Part shown: piece by piece, positions 14,635 to 26,156 of the stretch
Position numbering within the stretch: the first letter of the stretch is position 1
Layout of the letters: the number at the start of each line of letters is the position of its first letter
From: Pavona decussata
Taxonomy: Eukaryota
Direction of reading: 5' to 3'
NCBI GenBank assembly: GCA_977016875.1
Contig: CDRNST010000148.1
Location: forward strand, 3,162,001 to 3,226,000
DNA length: 64,000 bases
Translations under genes and position numbers: made by a program
Notes under the pieces: model-generated
Told to the model about the DNA's origin: nothing
Databases searched by the model: none
Seen by the model: the letters and a program-made list of their open reading frames with translations, nothing else

Positions 14635-16603
14635 TTCATCGTTCTTCGCTTGGACAGCAAATCAGGACTAATTATCCTTGCAAACTGGTCCTTACTCCTT
14701 CTTCAGTAGTTCCGTTGCCGGAGGGGCCACGTGTTAAGAACTTAGCCCCGTCCACTAGGATTTCTTCCTAAACTTATAACTAAGACAATCAGTAGAGTCG
14801 ATTGTACCACTCCTTTTTAATCTCTTCTGGTTCACGTTTTAGTATTTACTTTGACAACAGGCGTGTAAGAGCTACTCTGAACACACAAAATGACGCTTGG
14901 TTTTACACTGGTACATTAAAAAATCTGACTGGTCGTTGCTAGGTGATAATCAAAAAAGGTCAATCAATGTCTGTCACTAAAATGTTCATTGTCTAGACTT
15001 ATTACAAACAACTGTCACGCATGGACACGAAGTCATTAAGTCTCTGACACCTCGATAACAAAAATGATTCACTCATGGAACAGTGTTTATTTATATTATG
15101 GTTTGTAATAAATTGTTTTTGAATAAGATAACATGGGTATAATTTATGTTAGAAACCACACAGATAGATCAAGATGATTTTTTTAAAAAAAGTTATTTCA
15201 AATAGGTGTGAAAATTGGTAAAGAATTCTCGAAGTTGGAAATTACATGTCAAAGTGTGGAAGTAAAAAAATCAGTTCAAAAAAAGAGAAATAACTTTCAA
15301 ATGTATTGTTGCAATGCTGAATACAAGCAAAAGAACTGCTTGTCTTGAATACACTACAAATATGACTGACACTGCAACAAATCAAGTACAGGGAGGGGTT
15401 AAAATCTTACCATTGCAGTCAGGAGTGGAACAACGCGAAGTGTCGTTTATTCTCGCGACAAAATCCGTTAGCTGTGTCGTTTCACAAACCAACAAGTGTC
15501 GTGCCATATCTAGCTTAATCTTCTTGGTGTCTGGAGATGGTGGAGAGCTTTCTTGGTGTGACTTTCTCTTTACAGCCGCCTCCAAACATTCTCCCAAACA
15601 GCCTGGCTCGCCAAAATCAGTGTCGTCAGGATCAGGACAATACTCTGAACTTTCTGATGCATCCTCACTTGAAGCCGAAGAAGCATTAAAGCATGCCTCC
15701 AAATTCCTAGCAGACAATGTTCCTGCCATTGATTTCTCAGTGTTGTATTCTGTCTTGTCAGGACTGACAAATTTTAGTATCATTTTGCCATCCTGTTCAA
15801 CTGAGTGTTCCTCGCTCCATTTTGCGGGAAGAGTAAAATTTTTTTCTCGAGCCAGCTCTTTTTCCCTGTTTCGATGCTGATTTTCTTCCCTTTTCGGACG
15901 CTATTCGCTTCAATTCTGCTTTTGGAAGGTGCTTCTTTTTCCCACCAGATGCCATTTTGATTTGTGAAATCTATCACCTCACACAGTGCACAACCGGAAG
16001 TGTATCACACCTAGCAATGCACAAACAAAACACTCCCCAGAGGGTATAGAGGAATAAATTTGCATTATTACGGTACTCCAGGCATTCTACACAGTGGTGG
16101 TTGCTAAAATTATTTAAGATGGCGACCTAAAAGCTTGACGATGCTCATGGATCTAAAAGCACTTCATTTTGAGAAGGAAATCGACCATTAACGCCAAAAT
16201 CTTTGTTATAGGCTGCATTCTGGATTTGCTCTGACTTACAAGAAGTTGTTTTTTTTTTTATATCGTTGTCCAAAGCAGGTCAAATTACTGTCGGGAATGC
16301 CCCCGTATAGTGAATGTCCCAACAAAACTCACAAAAGGTTCACAGCTTCACAACATGTTTCTATTCATCGATCACGTCTTACAAGTCTACATGTCTCAAC
16401 ACCGTGTCACATGGTCTAATTTGAGCAATTCTGGTGCCCTGTCTCCCATACTCTCCCCCCATATATCAACGAAGAAGATATATGCTGCTTTCTCAAGGGA
16501 GACTGGCCTGTTACGATGATAAACAACATTTACTACAAAATGACAAAGTTAGTCACAGTCAACTCTATGCAAGAGGTGTTCAAATCTTTCAATGTCAACT
16601 TAA

Positions 16604-18404
16604 GGTATCAGCCACCCTTCAGGACAGTCCGCGCGCGGATCGCTGCCATATTTGAGGTTTCAACGTTTTCAAATAGATATGCTTGAGAGCTTTCTTTTAA
16701 AAAAAAATCAGAAGAAAATATTATTTCTGTCGAAAGATATCGAGGGTAAAAGATTTTTTCTCGTTAATTATATTAATTGATCGTTGACAAAATTTGTCAT
16801 ACCCGTGTCACATATCAATTAACTTGTCTGTGAACTAGTAACGTGATACCGAGTGCGTGCTTCGACACAACACGTGCGAATTGTCTTTGTGTTGTTTATA
16901 GCCTTCAGTATTCTCCGTGGATATTTAGTGTTTGCTTCGGTGAAAATGCCGCCAAAAAAAGAGAAAAGGTCGTGTCCGTTTTCATCATCGAAACCGAGAG
17001 CGAAAAAGAAATCGAAGAGCGAGTTTGACAAACAATGGGCCGCAAAATTGGCAGAGAGCGACAAAGGCTCAGTTTATCGGCAAGAGAAGTGGCTCGAGGA
17101 GTTGGATATTCAGAAAATCGAAAATGCTACAGTTGTTGCGAGTGCAAGCCGCTCCAAAATCCAGCTAGAAGAGCCAGAAGAAGAAAGCGAATGAAGCTCA
17201 ACGACCCCATCTGCTGATGGAACGTGGAAAACAATAAGCGGTCGAGCTATCGCATCGAGCGAAAAGCTGCTTGAGAAACTGGACGAGTCTGTATCTTGTC
17301 GATTTTGCCACGGAAGAGTCCAAGTCATGGAAGATGCAGCGACTAAGCATGGACTTGGTTCTACCTAGAGAATCCAGTGCGAGAATAAAAGCTGTCCGTC
17401 GCACAAGACAAATTCTGTTTTTATTTTTTCCGAGAAGAGCAGAGCGTTTGAAATAGACCGGGCCTCAGTTCTTCGCCTTCGAGCAATCAGCGGCTTCGCT
17501 TTCGTTCGTGTTGATTTCGCACTGGTTTTCGGCATCTTTACCAACCTAGCCAACATTTCAAGAAATAAACACAATATATTTTTATTGCTACATGAAAACC
17601 GTATTGTTGTTTGTAAATTAAACGATTACTATGCATGTACGTTCACTTACCTCAACAAATTTTGTCTTTTGTCCACACGCGGTGTAATTGAACTGACTGG
17701 AAGCAAAATAATTTATATTTCCCGCTGCCTTCCGCGAAAGTTTGTTCCTGTTACATGTTACCTGTCAAAGTCCTATTGTTAGAGAAAATTGATCCCTCTC
17801 TGATATCAATCAGAATAAACATTTAGTTGTTATAATCTCATTCCAGGTAGGGTGCCGCCAAAAATGTATTTTCCATTTTATCTCCGAACGCAAATTTTGC
17901 CGATCGGCTCGTACATTTTGAACTCCAAGTCGGCAGCCTTTCAATCAATTTCGCTAAAATTTGGCCAGAGTGATGCCATATATCTCTTCTACAAAACTGT
18001 GTCTGCGAATTTTAATACTCCTTTTGATTTTAAAGCTAGAGCTTTTTTTCCACAGGGAGTGTTGACTAATTGCCTTCCCCAACTTCATTTGCTAATAAAA
18101 GAGAAACAAACGCACTTGTCAAAAATCTGAGACACGGTTTTATAGTGGAACGTCTTGAGAAGCGAATGCATTGTTTTCTTCCGTTTATTTTCGGCGGGAG
18201 TGGAACATGATTTATATAGACGTGTACTTTCACACAAAGCGTTCCAATTTCGAAACACATTTAAGTAAATAGTTTTTGTTAGTTCAAATCCATAATCTGG
18301 AATTATAAAGCTTTTAAAAAATATATGGTTTATAGGGGTTTTTAAAAAAAAAACTAACGCTACAGCGATCCGCGCGCGGACGGTCCTGAAGGGTGGCTGA
18401 TACC
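16604..18404 (+). mobile_element. Kolobok deletion derivative inserted in the 3' UTR of BEL-3
   Basis: 42-bp TIRs (16604-16645 / 18363-18404, 1 mismatch), TTAA on both sides. Internal MPPKKEKR.. and SCRFCHG..GLGS..QC..RAFEIDRASVL resemble the N-terminus of the Kolobok transposase near 28550-28950. Confidence 0.88.
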
Positions 18405-18428
18405 TTAAAGAGTTCCCAGATGCTTGAA

Positions 18429-20766
18429 CTATTGTAAGTTCTCCTCTGCTTCAGCAATCTGATGGATTCTTTCCCCTGCCTGTAAAGATGCTTGTCTCCT
18501 GGGTCTGAATATTAAGGCATCAGCACTGAGAACTGCAGAGGGTCCCTGGACAGCACAGTCACATGAAAGTTCCAGTGGGTAAAGATGCTGCAGTGGTCTT
18601 TCGAGAAAGCTTTTCCCCGATCGCAGTCTTGCAGCTCTCACTACTCCATCTCTCCCCGGATAGAGCTCCTGAATTATGCCGAGAGGCCACTTTCCCCGGT
18701 TCTTATCCTCAGATTTAATGATCACTATGTCTCCTACAGAAAAGGTGCAGGGCTTTCCTTTATGTTTGAGGTTATGATGCTCCCTCAGACTGCGAAGATA
18801 CTTGTTCCACCATCTTTTCCATACTGCATCCTTACATTTGAGAAGGTGTTTGGCTCTTTTTCGCAGATCTGCATCAGCACAATGATGTGGTTCCAGGTCT
18901 GGTAAGATGTTGCTGTGGGGAAACATCATGAAGTTAAGGGTAAGGGTTAAGCGTACACAGTTCCTCATAATTCACTTGACTGGTCTGAGTTAGCAGCATG
19001 TGGGTTCTATCTATTTCCTCCCCAGGAGAAAGGATGACCCATCCCAACTTTGTGCGTTCAGCCACAGGTTCTCCTTGGTTGCCAATCTGGGGACGAGTGT
19101 CAGTTTGGATCCGAGCAAACACTCCAGCGCCTAGGATAATGTGAACTGGGAGCAATGGCTTGCTATCTTTGTCATCCATTTCCGCGCCCTTCAAATGAGA
19201 GTAAGTTTTCATCAACTGTTCATATTGGGGATTTTCCAGGCTCAAGAGCTCTCCACGGTTGACTTTGGTGATATTGACTTCTAGACTGTAATCACGAGAC
19301 CTAGATGAAACAAAGGTCTTGTAAATCTCCATTCTCGCTGTAGTAGAAGCTATAAGCATCTCAACTCTTTTGGGCTTGATCTCTGTAGGGCATTTTCCTA
19401 ACATGTCCAACAACTTGGCTTAGGCATAACAGCTAGATGAACCAGAATCTAACAACGCACGGCATTAAATTCCACCAACCTTAACAACCACAACAGGGTA
19501 AATAACCTTATCACCATCAAGAGAAGACATAACACTCTGTCCCTTGGGCTCTTGGTCAGGACAGATAGAAGTGTGATGTTTTCTTGAACAGAAACTACAT
19601 TTCATTCTACCCAAACATTCAGCTGCCCTGTGCTTAGGCCTAGCACAGTTGAAGTATCGCCTTTACTCTGCAAGAAACTTCTTCCTGTCGTCAAAAGAGG
19701 TCACACTTGGGCAGTCAGAAGTCTTATGAGAAATATCTTCACAGTACACACAAGCACATGGTTTGGCTTCTTGCTGTCTTGTGTTGTAAACACGCAAAGG
19801 CGAGCGTTCACGTTTTGGCGGTTTTCCCGAATTAGACTGCACTGGATTTCAGCGAGTCCATGACTTTAAGGCATCACACAACTTCAGAAAGTCCCAGGTT
19901 TTCCAATGCTCGTCATTCCGAACCAAATCTCGAATTCCAGACAATTTATCGATTGTAAGGGCTACATTTCCGTTCACTTGGCTTAATTTTCCCATGGTCT
20001 CAAGCGACTGGACATCATACAACAACCGTTCGTAAAACTGATGTATCTTGCGGGGCTGGTTTCCACTAATCTTCGGCAAATCCAAAATATCCTTCACGTA
20101 AGCTTTCTCCACTTCGCTAGCATTTCCATAGCGATCGCACAAAATGACCTTTGCTCTCTCGTATCCGTCGGCGGTGAATGGTAAACCATCGATGGTTTTC
20201 CTGACTTTAGAATCGACGAATTCCTTGCGATGAGAAAATTTAGAAATAGCTGCCTTGTTTGTCTTGTCGATCCCACTAAACTTCGTAATTGTAAGCTTTG
20301 GCAATTTGGCTGTGGCGCCCTGTTTACCATTTTGGTTTCCCACGTGACTTGTGTTTTGATCCGCGTGTGGCGGATGGAGGCTTTCCAGCTGTTTGTTGTA
20401 CTGAAGTTTCTGTTCGAACAGTTCCTTTTCGAAGGCTAGTTGCTCCTTCCTGTTTTTGCCAACTTGCTCCTGATCAATTTCGCTTAAGCATTAAGCAATT
20501 TTTTCCATATCGTCGTCAACAGCTGCCATATCCGACTCCAGCTTTTCTCCCCATGTGGTAATGCCGGCAATTTCTTCACCGGCAGCGATTTTCAGCTCTT
20601 CCACCTTTCGTTTTGCTCTCTCAACTGAACTGACAACCGCATGTAACGAATCCCTGTGTCTCTTGATACCGTTACCATTTCGACTTGCTAGTGTAGCTTC
20701 CGTTTTATCCCTGGTTATTTGAAGTTGAGTCAACTTCCTCGCAACATCCCGATTCGCAGTTTCCAT
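18429..20766 (-). pseudogene. BEL/Pao gag-protease plus integrase C-terminal fragment (RT, RNaseH and IN core absent)
   Basis: METANRD.. gag, AKLPKLTITKF, protease-region PVHIILG..TKLGW, NYEELC, then at ~18950 TLNFMMFP..W..YLRSLRE..LYPLELSCD. Confidence 0.88.
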
Positions 20767-21349
20767 CTTTCGTTCGCTTTTGGCTTGTCACAATCACACA
20801 GTAAATTTCGGCTCTTTCCTCTTGTTCGAGGATTGTCAGTCCCGTCGGAGGTGCCACTTTTTGTTGGGAATGCCTCCGTATAATGAATGTCCCAACAAAA
20901 CTCACAAAAGGTTCACAGCTTCACGTCTCACAAGTCTACATGTCTCAACACCATGTCACATGGTCTAATTTGAGCAATACTGGTGCCCAGTCTCCCACAT
21001 TACAAAATATACAAAATGCTCTCTGAAACATAACACAATTGACGTTACTTCCTAGTCGAACACAGTTATATTCCTTTTTGAGCCCCAAATCGATTTCTCT
21101 TTCCAACTTCCGAAATGTTTGCAAACTTGTCCTAAAATATTGGATTTTCTATTTTCGTGCTACCCTTAGGGGGGTAATTAAATTAGCACCTTTGGAAGAA
21201 GTAGCTTACCACTCGTATTTTTCAGTTCCTTAGGACTCAGAGATTCTCATTTCTCTTTTAAAGACATTTTTTTATTTGATCACATTATTGGTACAAAAAT
21301 GTGCATTGTTAGGCGGGGCAGATACCTTAACAAAGATGTAAAGTACCTG

Positions 21350-22080
21350 CCAGGTGCATAGTTTTAAAACAATATGAAGTGAACTATTTTATTGCATTAT
21401 TTTTTTACATGCATATTACACAGAAAAAAGAATTTAGATGCAAGTGCATAAGTATTAAAGTGTTGATGATCATTAACTTCAACTTTAATTGTCCAGGGTC
21501 ATGTTTCTAAATGCTTTAAAGTCATCTTACTTTTGTGTCCTGAGTTCCGTTTCTGATTTGAAAAGCCCCATCATTACCTACCAGAGTCAAAGCATACACT
21601 CCCCAAATGTGGTGGACAGCACACCCTTGGCAATATAACTGTGAAAAGCCCTCACATTTTGATGGGTATCTTTTTCCAAACTTTTAGCGGTGCAACTTAA
21701 CAACAACATTCTCAAAACACCATAGTGGAAAAAACCATTTGAATCAATTTTGAATTCTAAATAATTAAAGACATTTAAAGGGTTTTTTGGTATTTTTGTG
21801 AATTTACAGCCATTTGGCCCTTGTAATACCCCAGCGACCTTCCAAAGACTTATGAGCAGCTTTAGATGTGTCTTTCAAAGGGTAAGTAAAGAAATAGATC
21901 ATATTTTTTACATAGACAATTAACTTAATTATTTACCAGGTGCATACTTTTGAAAACGATATGAAGTGAACTATTTTTATGGCATTAATTTTTCATGTAA
22001 ATTACATCGAAAAAATGAGACTTTAGATGCGAGTGCATAAGAATTAAAGTGTTGATGATCATTAACTTCTACTTTAATTG
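21350..22080 (+). repeat. Diverged ~145-bp direct repeat (21350-21491 and 21936-22080) with a Ty3/Gypsy RT scrap between the copies
   Basis: Shared CCAGGTGCATA...TATGAAGTGAACTATTTT...TTAAAGTGTTGATGATCATTAACTTC; PFG.CNTPATFQRLM at ~21810-21854. Confidence 0.7.
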
Positions 22081-22562
22081 TTAATTTTGTAAATTTGAAA
22101 TGAAATTTTTACTGCCACCCACATATAGCGTGTATGCAGTTAGCAAAGGAAGAAACAAACTAACGAAAAGAGAGGTGGATGCAATTAAAACTAGATGAAG
22201 TTAAACTAAGTAATAACAAAATGTTTATTGCCGATATTAAGTAAAATTGTACATTAATGCAACTCGTGTATTTGTTTTATAAACTAGTTGTATTTTCTTT
22301 GCTTTATTTGGCAATAATCATGCTCCGTAACTAGAGAATGACACCTGCAGTTAATCTTGTATTGTTACAGTGCATGAGGAGCTTAAACCTTTGAAAAAAT
22401 ATTCAAATTAGAATATTGGGAGATTGCACATGTTAATAGCAGCAAACTAATCAGGTGGTTGGCACCTGAGGTTTTCCAGTGCACCATCAAAACATTTATA
22501 TTGACAGTGTTTGACCGCTTGTGAAAATGAAAATCAAATAAACAGACGAAGTAAAGTTGCAC

Positions 22563-23523
22563 TCAGCAAAACATATCTACATTCATAAATAGTCTGCTTC
22601 GCACCATCCCTGGCGGTCTTCCTTCCATCTCTTTTGCACTGAACACAGTGCCTCTTCCGGGCATTCCCTTCCCTTCGAGTGACAAAATCCCCTGCAGCAT
22701 TCTCAGCAGTTGTGGTGGACTGCAGTGAAGCTGCCCTGATTGTACGTTTCCGGTTCTCAGACCCACTTGAGAATCCAGTAATGACCTGTTTTGCAAGCGC
22801 TAAACGAAAGTCAACTAAACTTCACCTTCTCGGCCTGTGGACATTCTCTTTGAAAGTAATGTAAGAGTTACAGATTGTGACATCAAATATATACCAAAAT
22901 AAGTACTTATACCACTTGTGTGAGCAAAGTTGATCAGAGCGATCGACTCCCCCCATGTGCATGTTGTACAAATCCACACAACCTGGTTTCTCGACATGTA
23001 CAACATCTCTGTTTTTCTTTCGCTTTCTTTGACGTTTTTGACTAAGCAGATCAAAATTGGTAGGTAAAATGTTTGTCACGTTTGTCATGCTATTTAGTGT
23101 GCACAAGATTGCCCTTTTGTTCACAAATCGTGTTACCTTCCTTCCTCAACTTTCGATGGGAAGATGGCGGTAACCCGACACATCCAGCTCGTACAGTAGA
23201 ACATGCATATGTTCCTTCGTTCTGCAGGTCTTCCAACAGTTTTTTAGGAAGAAAAAAAATTGTCCAAATATACATGGTGGTTTTTATTGAGAAGTGGTCT
23301 CATTAACTCCATCACAATGTGATGTCCAAGACCATTTGAAAGGCCGCGACCTGGTTATTAATCGAGGTAAACTTCATGGTTGACAATGAAGGCGTTCGAT
23401 GCATCTTCTGCTAGGGATGCGGTAAGGAGTTTTTGTTGTCATGGCGGTACAGGGCAGTATAGGAAAAGGGCGGCATATTTTGTCAGGGGGGGGGGGGTAC
23501 AGAGTGGACTAGTAGGGAAAGGG
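22563..23523 (-). mobile_element. piggyBac transposon remnant (internally deleted)
   Basis: GTYACSTVR, YNMHMGGVDRSDQ, KWYKYLFWYIFDVTICNSY, C-terminal CVQC. Terminus TTAA|CCCTTTCCC on the minus strand (23527-23515). Other end uncertain. Confidence 0.85.
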
Positions 23524-23779
23524 TTAAAGACTGATTCTCAAAAACTATCTTGAAGTAGCTACCATAATTTTTTTTCACAATTTAAGCATAAAGGCAATGG
23601 GCAACCGTTACAGTTGTGTCTTCAAATATCTAATTGCTCCATGCTTAATGCTTCTTTGAAGGAAGAGATTGGTGTACGATTTGAAGCCGACTTTAGCTAG
23701 TCATGTTTCCAAATTCGAGCATCGCATACACAGTCTTGACAAGGAAGGCTAGTGCAAAAGCATTGCTGTCCTATCCACA

Positions 23780-24300
23780 CGTTTGGAGGCAATGTAAAAG
23801 TTCCTTTACAATTCCTTCTCACGTTTTGGTCTTGCTACTGGACTTTTGGCTTTATCCAATGCCACTCGTTTCCTGAAATCGATGACAGGAAGTACCGCTT
23901 ATCTTCCCACTTTTTGGCACATCATTGTTGTTTTACAAACCATTGTGGACATACCCACAATGATGAATGTATTCATGAGCATCTTCCAATCGTTTTGCTG
24001 GCTTACTTTCTTTTGAATGCTTTGTAAATGGTCAGGCTCTCCTCGCTGTCACTGGAATTTCTGTCGTGCTACGGCAAATAACAGAGGTATGCCAGGGTGG
24101 TCGCCAAACTACTTCAAAACACGTCCTTCATGTCTCGCTTCTCACTGTATAAAACCTTTAAACTACAACTTGCATGGTTTTAGGGGATTCTTTCCGCATA
24201 CCCTTTTATCACCACATGAATGCCACGAAAAGTGCCCTGATAACATGTCCCAAAAGTACCACTGCAAGAACGTGTTCAGGCCAATGACTGACAGATAGTC
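23780..24300 (-). pseudogene. Decayed protein-kinase domain
   Basis: Across frameshifts: L(G)SGTFGTCYQGTFRGIHVVIK (Gly-loop and Lys), EARHEGRVL, GDHPGIPLLF, YIHHCGYVHN(G)L*NNN (catalytic loop), PVIDF(R)K (DFG). Confidence 0.8.
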
Positions 24301-25254
24301 TGAGTAGGGAGGCGGGCCTTTCCAACTGCAAAGATGGAGCTGTCTTTCTTCTGATTCAGTCACAGCCTATGGAGACGTAAGGTGTGATTATGTGCATCAT
24401 CGCCATCTCCAAATTAAGTTCCACGGCCAAAACCCCATGGGTGCAATAACAATTTGTTAATGTATAGCTGCATACAAAACCCCCTCAAAATTGCACTTTA
24501 AAATTCTTGAAGAAACTAACAAAGGACAATGAAATCCCCCTTGAACTTACATGCCTTCAAAGTACAAGAAAAAAAAGTTTTGTTTGACAGTCACTTGCCC
24601 ATGGATAGGTTCTTCACTGGCGTTTGCTACTATGAGTCCCACACCAACGCCTGATGGCTGTGACTATAACAGCATATAATGCAGTGGAAATGCTTCATAC
24701 TGCTTGTGTCACGAAAGCAACGCAGATCAATAATGTTGCTGGTTTCCTTGTGGTACTTGGGCAAGGCCTTGGTTGTGGAGATACACATGGGTAATTACAT
24801 CCCTGAAAGGAGATTTATATGGATGAACCCCTCACTAACATTATTTTTCAATTCATCAGCCCGACTCATACCTGCTACCCTATCGATCCCTCCCTTGACT
24901 ATACGTTAGTGTTTTATGCTAAAGTCTTTTGAAAATCCTTTTAACTCGCACAGCGGTACATTTTTGGCACGAAGATGTGCCAGTCATGAAATAAAGCTTC
25001 ATCAATATCTGTTAACATTGGCTCAGCAATATTTAAATGGCTATAATTTTCATCCTTGGACCATTTGATCAACACTTGCATACACAATGTAAGGGAAGTT
25101 GCTCAAATACTGAAACTGTTCTAACCTACCATTGAATCGTTTTAACGTTCTGCTTGAGTTTTGACAGGTACAGAAATCAAAAAGGGTCTTCAAGAAATTT
25201 AGTATTGACAAGGGCGGAGGCATAGAGGTTTTTACCTGCATTGTTGATAAAGTC

Positions 25255-26156
25255 TCCGCTTCGAATTTTTTCCAGAATGACAGCCAATTCTCAAGAGCTC
25301 CATTGTATTTCGTTATTACAAGCTTGAGCAATTTGACACTTTGTTTGCTTGAGTGAGAAGGCAAATTCTGCGTTGAATCCTTTAGCTTGGAACTGAATTC
25401 TTCTTTTTGCTCCAGCTGTTTTCTTTCAAATTTTAGTTGCTCTTCGCGCTCGCGAGCCAGTGGATTCTCTTGCTTTTCTCTCTCTGTGTTCTCGGCTTCG
25501 GTGATGGCTGACTTCACGCGGGTTTCAAGAACCTTAATCTCGTTGTCAACAATGTCAATTCTTTCTTCGATTTCTTGCCCCCATTCCTTTACCTTGTCTA
25601 GGCTTTCTCCATTTTCCAGTTTCGCTTCTTCAACTTCTCTTTTTAGCTCTTCTGTGCTACCAACAATGGCCTGCAACGCTTCTTTTTGTCCGCGAATTTT
25701 CTCGACAATACCAGTGCCAACAATTCCATCGGTTTTTCCACGTGTCAGATCTAACAGCGCCAATTTGGCGTTTAACTTCGCCAGTTTCGCTTCCATCTTG
25801 GTCCCGTCGGAGGTGCCACTTGTCCTGAATGCCCTAGGGGCGAACTTCACGATATCACAGAATAAACTTGATTTTAGATGACTTAAAATCACGGTTTACA
25901 GTTGTTAGGTACAGTACTCCTTCACTCTCTCTAGGCAACTAAACTATGTCTCACAATACAATGTTAAATTAACGATCTGTCAACAACGGTCTCTTTTCAA
26001 GCTGTCAATCAATATGAAAATACTTGGAACGAGTCAATCTTTGATTTCTGACTGTGATTGGCATATAATCTAAATATCCTATTATCGCATGTTTTAAAAG
26101 GTCTCGCTCGGAATAATTATCTTGAAATATTTGTTTTAGTCACGCAATCTCCGACA
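25255..26156 (-). mobile_element. Truncated BEL/Pao (BEL-4): 5' LTR, PBS and gag N-terminus
   Basis: LTR 25821-26156 (TG..CA), PBS 25801-25818, ATG 25796, MEAKLAKLNAKL...KLVITKY..WLSFWKKFEAE; homology ends at ~25255. Confidence 0.88.

Larger units (their letters stand above)
8120..15049 (-). mobile_element. BEL/Pao LTR retrotransposon (BEL-2), decayed
   Basis: LTRs 8120-8442 and 14732-15049, PBS-like TGGCCCCTCCGGCAAC at ~14709-14729, PPT ~8445-8451, gag-pol remnants. No clear TSD. Confidence 0.92.
6565..15955 (-). pseudogene. Intron-containing Kolobok-like (Mutator-like domain) DDE transposase; exon 15955-15411 and exon 7799-6565
   Basis: ATG 15955, ...CSTPDCNG|GTAAG donor at 15410, TAG|GAATC acceptor at 7800, next donor AG|GTAAT at 6564. 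Motifs SDSVWHNRGHFSKNGS (~7370-7422), WQDGD-SS (~7190-7205) and RGHSSV*EAHF (~6610-6640) parallel the VDGTWQKRGHSS / GDGDSSS / TQNQNE motifs of the transposase at 27150-29238. Stops and frameshifts present. Confidence 0.75.
16289..20999 (-). mobile_element. BEL/Pao LTR element (BEL-3), internally deleted, non-autonomous
   Basis: Short LTRs 16289-16450 and 20862-20999, PBS 20839-20856, PPT 16451-16460, TTAC on both flanks. Gag and protease join directly to the integrase C-terminus. Confidence 0.92.
1..21165 (-). mobile_element. Host Kolobok-like DNA transposon (Kol-A); right end ~21165, left end not identified
   Basis: Transposase exons above; upstream non-coding sequence continuous across BEL-3; candidate terminus GTGCTACCC|TTAG (degenerate TTAA) at 21157-21169. 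No partner TIR seen, so the left extent is a guess. Confidence 0.5.

Noticed and set aside
22383-22400. TTAAACCTTTG as the second piggyBac terminus
   Set aside because: Only a weak match to TTAACCCTTTCCC; could be chance in AT-rich DNA
25050-25892. 280-aa ORF as a real fusion gene
   Set aside because: Chance read-through of LTR, PBS, truncated gag and unrelated sequence across a deletion junction
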